A stretch of DNA of 64,000 nucleotides from Lama guanicoe (taxonomy: Eukaryota): assembly GCA_013239625.1 (NCBI GenBank), contig MU053934.1:1085285-1149284 (forward strand), written 5' to 3'. The notes under the pieces are model-generated. The model was not told the DNA's origin. It saw only the letters and a program-made list of their open reading frames with translations, and did no database searches. Both the position numbers and the translations under genes were made by a program. Shown here one piece after another: positions 62,301 through 64,000 of this stretch (position 1 is the first letter of the stretch; every line of letters begins with the position of its first letter).

Positions 62301-64000
62301 TGGGTCACCGCATCTTCTCAACCACTGTCCCCTTGATGACAGCCCCCTGGTTTCCAGTAGCCCACCCTTCTATTTACCTCACCACCCCACGTCAGGTGGT
62401 CTTTTTGGAGAGAGTCCCTCTCATGCTCCCCAAGCCACATGCCCTTCCTAGGGGTCCGTATTTGAATTTCCGTAAATATGCATGCATTCTTGTGCCAAAA
62501 ACTCTAGAAGTCAGGGCCCTTTCCAGAGCAGGTCTCCTGTCTCTCAAACCAGCCCTGGTTTTTATTTTCGTACTTTTCAAATGTGAGTCAGACACCAGAC
62601 CCTGCACTCCTCAACTCCAGGGAAAACATGTCAAGTTCTTGACATGTCTTCTTGAAGTTTTGGTGGCGAGGGGAACAGGTTCTCCAAGCTCCCTGACAGC
62701 TCTTTCTCTGAAAAGTCTTCACTTTTTAATCTCTCCAGAGTCCTCTATCACACCCACCTCTCCTAATGCCGAGGCTGGAAGAGGTGTTGGACCAGTGCCA
62801 GCAGAGATGAGTTCACATCCTCAGAAACATGTTTCTCTAGCATGTGGGAGTACCAGGGACTACTGTATTGTTCTGGACCTTTGAGTCCTTTGAGAGAGTA
62901 GGAAGCACCTGATTTACTATTCTTTCGTGAAAAGTATTGTTTCATCATTTATGTGTGCATGTGTGTATGGACGGATATAAACCATATTAACATCTTGCAG
63001 AACTCAGTTTGGGAAACCTGGGCTAAGACACTTCTGATTAACTTGCAAGAGATAGAATCAGCCCGGCTTCCTTCTGAAAGCAACACTTACTCAGAGTCTT
63101 AGGTAGAATGATCCAAAACACCGACAACGTTTTGCTGAAATCAGACTTGAGACCACGAATTTGCCACCAAGTTTGGCATGTCTTTCTAGCGCAGGGGATT
63201 GGATCTGAATCGTTCAGCTCTATCTGGAACCAACACAGCACAATTATACAACTGTTGTTCTGGGCTTCTAAATGATGTCAGAGGAGGCAGAACCTGTAAA
63301 ACACAATTGTCCTATCTAGAGGAAATACCTAGGACCCCAGCTTCACCATGATGAACCTAATCAGGTTACTCACCAGCTCTGTATCCTGGGATTCCACTAT
63401 TCTTTATAAAGCTTCCATGTGGATTAAGAAATATGCCCTCTCTGGGCAGGTAGATTAGAAAGAGGTAGGACCCTGGGCAGGTGCACCTCCACACCACAGC
63501 CAAGTTTGGTCTAGATTTCAGCCCTAGCTGATTTCCTCAGCCAGGTACCATGAGCAGTGTACAAACCCTACAATTGCAAATGGCAACCCTAAACCTTTTT
63601 AAAATAAAGTTAATATTTCCATTATACATGTAATACTTAATCATTACAAGAATTATTTTAAATATAAATATATATATAATTAATTCCTTTTCCCACATCT
63701 CAAAGGCGAGTATGCTATTATATTTTCTAAGTGTATTTTAAGTGATTGTCATCATACCATATATATATGGCTTTGTAAAGTTCTTTCTTAATATAACATT
63801 GTAATACAAGCTTTTTTCATGTTCTCCAAATTCTCCATCAATGTCAGTTTAAACAGTTCATCCATAGATATTAATCAGAGAGACACCACTAAATCTTAAG
63901 GAACTCAGAGAGAGGCCAAAGATAGCTGAAAATGAGCAATGAACTCCAGGGACTATCTTTCTGGAAAAGATTAAAAGAGAGAAACATATATACAGATGGA

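Noticed and set aside
62252..62884. 210-aa plus-strand ORF
   Set aside because: Non-ATG start, no recognisable family or exon structure
1..64000. CRISPR array, operon, prokaryotic defence system or CpG-island promoter
   Set aside because: Sequence is CpG-depleted mammalian DNA, with no regularly spaced repeats, gene-dense ORF clusters or CpG island seen

Overview
Mammalian nuclear DNA, most likely camelid (camel/alpaca/llama). This is inferred from three tRNA-derived SINEs resembling Vic-1 and young lineage-type L1 3' ends. The window is intronic or intergenic and densely layered with transposon fossils: L1 of several ages, L2, L3/CR1, many MIRs, MaLR (MLT1) LTRs, a degenerate ERVL provirus at about 29.0-34.0 kb, an ERVL dUTPase fragment, Tigger1, MER5, MER58 and a Zaphod/MER115-like hAT element. 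I recognise no host protein-coding gene, rRNA, true tRNA or CRISPR array. The only recognisable protein sequences are retroelement-derived. I found no convincing new biological system. The most notable items are an inverted pair of related LTRs at 0.67-2.2 kb, a unique splice-flanked exon-like segment at 44.2-44.4 kb, several nested or rearranged retroelements with readable target-site duplications (TSDs), and a few repeat-free candidate regulatory blocks. Repeat family names come from recalled consensus sequences, not from a search. Boundaries are approximate (tens of bp) unless a TSD is quoted.
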